DNA of 64,000 nucleotides from an uncultured Bacteroidales bacterium (GTDB lineage Bacteria; Bacteroidota; Bacteroidia; Bacteroidales; WCHB1-69): NCBI GenBank assembly GCA_937892025.1, contig CALAVA010000042.1, positions 739 to 64,738 of the forward strand, read 5' to 3'. Shown piece by piece: positions 60,802 to 64,000 of this stretch (position 1 is its first letter; each line of letters starts with the position of its first letter). The notes under the pieces were generated by a model. It saw only the letters and a program-made list of their open reading frames with translations, ran no database searches and was not told where the DNA came from. The position numbers and the translations under genes were made by a program.

Positions 60802-61434
60802 ATGACAAAAGAAGAAGTTTTACAGAAAGTAAACGATTATTGTAACGAGAAAAGTTACACGGAAGAGACTCTGACAGGTGATTTCAAGGACAAGTTCTCT
60901 GAATTTTTTGCAAAGAAGTATGACGAGGGCACGGCGATTGATGCCGATGGAATCTTGGATGACATCAAGTTTAACATCAACACGGCATTTTCGGCAACGT
61001 CCAAAGGTCTTACATCCAAGCAAAAGGCTTTCGAGACCAAAGAGAATGAGTACAAGAATCAGATTGCGGAGTTAAACAAGAAACTTGGCAAGAATACAGA
61101 GCCGAAGCCTTTTGAAATCTCGAAGGAGTTGCAAGACCAAATCGACGAATTGAAGGCTTACAAGAACGAGGAAGCAAAGAAGTCCAAGTTCAAGAGCATT
61201 GTTGAGATTGCCAAGAAGAAGGTACGAGGGGATTTGCACAACTCTTTCGAGAAGTATGCGAAGACCTATAACGTATCGCTCGACAAAGATGATGCAGAGC
61301 AGGCTGACAGCATCGTAAAGTCTTTCCAAGAAATCTTCAAGGACAGCATCGGTGACATCAGGCCTTACACCCCCAAGCAGATTCAGCAACAGGAGGATGA
61401 CATCATCAATGGCGTAAAAAAAGTAGAATTGTAA
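60802..61434 (+). CDS. putative scaffolding protein (210 aa, Lys/Glu-rich coiled coil)
   Basis: Composition and position two genes upstream of the capsid gene. Confidence 0.45.
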   Translation: MTKEEVLQKVNDYCNEKSYTEETLTGDFKDKFSEFFAKKYDEGTAIDADGILDDIKFNINTAFSATSKGLTSKQKAFETKENEYKNQIAELNKKLGKNTEPKPFEISKELQDQIDELKAYKNEEAKKSKFKSIVEIAKKKVRGDLHNSFEKYAKTYNVSLDKDDAEQADSIVKSFQEIFKDSIGDIRPYTPKQIQQQEDDIINGVKKVEL

Positions 61435-61459
61435 GTTATTAACAAAAAAACTGATTATC

Positions 61460-62146
61460 ATGGTTACAAACCTTGGATTTTATTTTGAAACGCAAAAGGA
61501 AGTACGTGGTGGTAAGTTCATTTGGTGGGGTGACACTAATCCTACTTTGAAGAAGAACCAGTTGCTTGGCGGTGACTTGCTCAACCCCAAGAAGGGGTTC
61601 GACCACTTCTACGCAGGGCAGTTGGGTAAGTACGTTCCTGGCGGTGGTCTTTCTGAAGACCAAGAGGGTATCACAATCTATCGTGCCTTTGCACCAAACT
61701 CGGCTGCTACCGAAAGTACAACTATCGTATTAAACGCTACAGGTTGGGACGACGCCCCCGAAGTAGGTATGATTGTCATGGTCGCACCTGACACCGCAAC
61801 AACTACGGGACAGTCCGCAGAGATTACAGCAGTAGAGTACGACAAAGAGGCTGAGACATTTACAGTCACCGTTGATGAGGAACTTACGGTTACTTTGACC
61901 GACATCCTTGTAGAGGCAAAGGGTGACGCTGCAAGTGAAGAAGCCACACCGCTTGTTGATTATGTCAACATGTGGATTCTTGCCGACGAAGACTTGCTTC
62001 CAACAGACGGTTTCGGTATCAAGAACGGGCATTACTACATGTCGGGCGTAAGTGGCTGTGCTGCTTATATAGGTCGTATGCAGCCGCTCACCAAGTACAT
62101 TCTTGCACAGAATAAGTCGCTTATCGACGGAGTGTTTGAACTTTAA
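61460..62146 (+). CDS. capsid-associated protein (decoration or accessory?), 228 aa
   Basis: Position between the scaffold-like and capsid-like genes; no motif. Confidence 0.35.
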   Translation: MVTNLGFYFETQKEVRGGKFIWWGDTNPTLKKNQLLGGDLLNPKKGFDHFYAGQLGKYVPGGGLSEDQEGITIYRAFAPNSAATESTTIVLNATGWDDAPEVGMIVMVAPDTATTTGQSAEITAVEYDKEAETFTVTVDEELTVTLTDILVEAKGDAASEEATPLVDYVNMWILADEDLLPTDGFGIKNGHYYMSGVSGCAAYIGRMQPLTKYILAQNKSLIDGVFEL

Positions 62147-62167
62147 TAAAGAAAGGAGAACGAAGAT

Positions 62168-63430
62168 ATGGCAAACGCATATAAATATCAAGACAATCCG
62201 CAAACACTTGTTGAGAAACTCTACGCAAAAGGGTTGCTTAATGAGACTGGCAATGGGTTTGTGCAGAAGTTGATTGACAAAAGCATCGTACTCAACGCCA
62301 ACCGATTCTTCTGGCAGGAAAACTTTGCCGTTGAGGGCAACGAGTATCCGATTGACCTTGGCGACACACAGAAGAATCCTGCATGGACAGTCCGCATGAA
62401 GAAGAACCGCCCCGTACCTACCGCTGATGCAATGGCACCTCTATCAGAAGTTGCACAACTCGACGGAGAAGGATGGAGCGAGAAAACGGGCTCTATCTAC
62501 CAGTGGGGTAAAGGACTTTACGACACTTCGATGTCAAAGTTGGAACTTATGGCACGTCTCCGTGAACTTGGCAATGTGGATTCCGATTTGCTTGAAGGTT
62601 ATGTGCGTGGTGTTGCAGACTTGACGAACACCCACATGTACACTTTGAGTAACATTGGCGCACAGACCATTTCTAAGGGCGGTGCTTATAACAACCAAAA
62701 AATTAAGGGATTTTCCGCTATCACGGTCAACCAAGAGGCTTACATTCCTGCATCCAACTTCAAGACTGCTGGAGCAAAGGTTTGGTCTGACGTCGACTGT
62801 GACATTCCAACGCAGATGCAAAAGATTGAGTATGACTTCAAGGAAGCAAACTCGATTGATGTAGATGCACAGTTCGTATGGCAGATTCCCTACACTACCA
62901 TCCTCGCAGTCCTGTTGAAGAACAGGTTCTTTAAGGCAGAGGTGAACCGCTACATCCGCTTCTATGCGAAGGATAAGGTTATCGTTGTAAACAACAACGG
63001 CGGCACAAGTCTTGACACCGATGTTATTACACTTGAAGACCTCGTCGCATACAGCCGTTCCGAGATTTCAAAAATTTCTCCGATTATGGTTGTGAAGGAA
63101 GAACAGACGGTGCAGGACATCAAGACCATCAGGACCGTAAACGGATGGGAAGAGAACAAGGTTGTCCTCAGACCTATTGGCGTGGGTGGCAAGTGCGGTG
63201 TTATCGTACACTCGCAAGTGGCAGATGTTGAGATGATTCGCACAGGTGAAATCAACAACTCTGTTACCGCCAACGCATCGAAGATTCTCAGTTTCCTGTA
63301 TCTGTTGAACGAGGTTTCCAATGACGGCAAGTACAAGAAGTATGCTACAAAGGTGATTGGTCGTTACGGCACAGTGTTGACCGAGGCGATGCAGCACGTT
63401 GTGGTTGATATTGCTACGGCTGACAATTAA
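62168..63430 (+). CDS. putative major capsid protein (420 aa)
   Basis: Size, position after the scaffold-like gene, GGAGAA upstream; no motif confirmation possible by eye. Confidence 0.5.
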   Translation: MANAYKYQDNPQTLVEKLYAKGLLNETGNGFVQKLIDKSIVLNANRFFWQENFAVEGNEYPIDLGDTQKNPAWTVRMKKNRPVPTADAMAPLSEVAQLDGEGWSEKTGSIYQWGKGLYDTSMSKLELMARLRELGNVDSDLLEGYVRGVADLTNTHMYTLSNIGAQTISKGGAYNNQKIKGFSAITVNQEAYIPASNFKTAGAKVWSDVDCDIPTQMQKIEYDFKEANSIDVDAQFVWQIPYTTILAVLLKNRFFKAEVNRYIRFYAKDKVIVVNNNGGTSLDTDVITLEDLVAYSRSEISKISPIMVVKEEQTVQDIKTIRTVNGWEENKVVLRPIGVGGKCGVIVHSQVADVEMIRTGEINNSVTANASKILSFLYLLNEVSNDGKYKKYATKVIGRYGTVLTEAMQHVVVDIATADN

Positions 63431-63473
63431 GGGATTGTTTTATTGGTAATAGGTATTGTTAAAGCGATTGAAG

Positions 63474-63857
63474 ATGACGGTATTAGAATGGCTTCAATCA
63501 TCAACGACATATACTCGTTTCGACGAGAAGAACTTTGTCAAGATAGCATTGGATAGGGGCTGTGACCCTAACGAAGATGCTTACGGCTCTGGTGTCACCA
63601 AGCGGCAAAAGGAGCTTATGACGGCAGATGTGATTTTCACAGCCGTACTTTTGAGCCCTTCTAATACCTCGTCCCTGCAACAATCCCACAACGGATTCCA
63701 AAAGACCGTTGGCTCTGAGCAGGATTTCTACCAAGATGAGAAAATCAAGTATGCCATCAAGATTTACAAGCAATACGACGACGAGAGAGCAGAAATTCTT
63801 GAGAGTGTTCGCAGGAAGATTAAGTGCATACCGATAGAGGACGTAGACCAATTGTAA
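63474..63857 (+). CDS. hypothetical head-completion / connector-region protein
   Basis: First ATG of ORF 63456..63857; position after the capsid gene. Confidence 0.4.
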   Translation: MTVLEWLQSSTTYTRFDEKNFVKIALDRGCDPNEDAYGSGVTKRQKELMTADVIFTAVLLSPSNTSSLQQSHNGFQKTVGSEQDFYQDEKIKYAIKIYKQYDDERAEILESVRRKIKCIPIEDVDQL

Positions 63858-63858
63858 G

Positions 63859-64000
63859 ATGCTTCGCAACGAGATTCTTGAATTTCCCTATACGGGCGTT
63901 ATAAACCGCATTATCGCGGGTAGTGGCGACAATGATGATACCACCGTCGAGATATACAACGGCGAAATGGATGAGACAAACCGCACCGATGATAACGGGC
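63859..64000 (+). CDS. hypothetical protein, 5' partial (runs off the window)
   Basis: ATG 63859 (MLRNEILEFPYTGV...) open to the window end. Confidence 0.4.
   Translation, partial: MLRNEILEFPYTGVINRIIAGSGDNDDTTVEIYNGEMDETNRTDDNG

Overview
The window reads as most of a tailed dsDNA phage or prophage genome. The host is probably a member of the Bacteroidetes, because the Bacteroides-type promoter -7 motif TAnnTTTG sits about 10-100 nt upstream of at least 11 transcription units. I saw no rRNA, CRISPR array or cellular housekeeping genes.

Layout:
- 1-40.8 kb, + strand: a dense array of small early and replication genes. These include an AAA+ ATPase, a small serine recombinase, a RadC/JAB protein, a standalone MutS-domain-I protein, a Dam-like methyltransferase, an AEP primase-helicase fusion, a YqaJ exonuclease with RecT, a DnaN sliding clamp, a DUF1064-like resolvase, HNH/NUMOD homing-endonuclease genes and a ParB-like protein.
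- 40.9-44.4 kb, - strand: a self-contained 7-gene operon of unknown function. Two of its proteins share a glycine-zipper-like motif.
- 44.5-47.7 kb, - strand: a complete diversity-generating retroelement (DGR). It comprises an RT with the IGxxxSQ and YVDD motifs, a 189-bp TR, a MutS-like accessory gene in the Avd position, and a tail-fibre-tip target whose C-terminal VR is 100% identical to the TR.
- 47.7-60.6 kb, - strand: tail fibre and baseplate genes, a lysis cassette, portal and TerL.
- 60.8-64 kb, + strand: scaffold, capsid and connector genes, transcribed divergently from TerL.

RNA genes: one canonical tRNA-Ser(GCU) and two promoter-driven non-canonical tRNA-like RNAs (about 146 nt and about 270 nt).

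Other notable items: a candidate iteron-type origin, phased 10-bp repeats, recurrent TTCACTAA intergenic elements, and two in-frame TAA codons followed by protein-like sequence.

All calls come from reading the sequence and ORF translations by eye. No database search or folding program was run.
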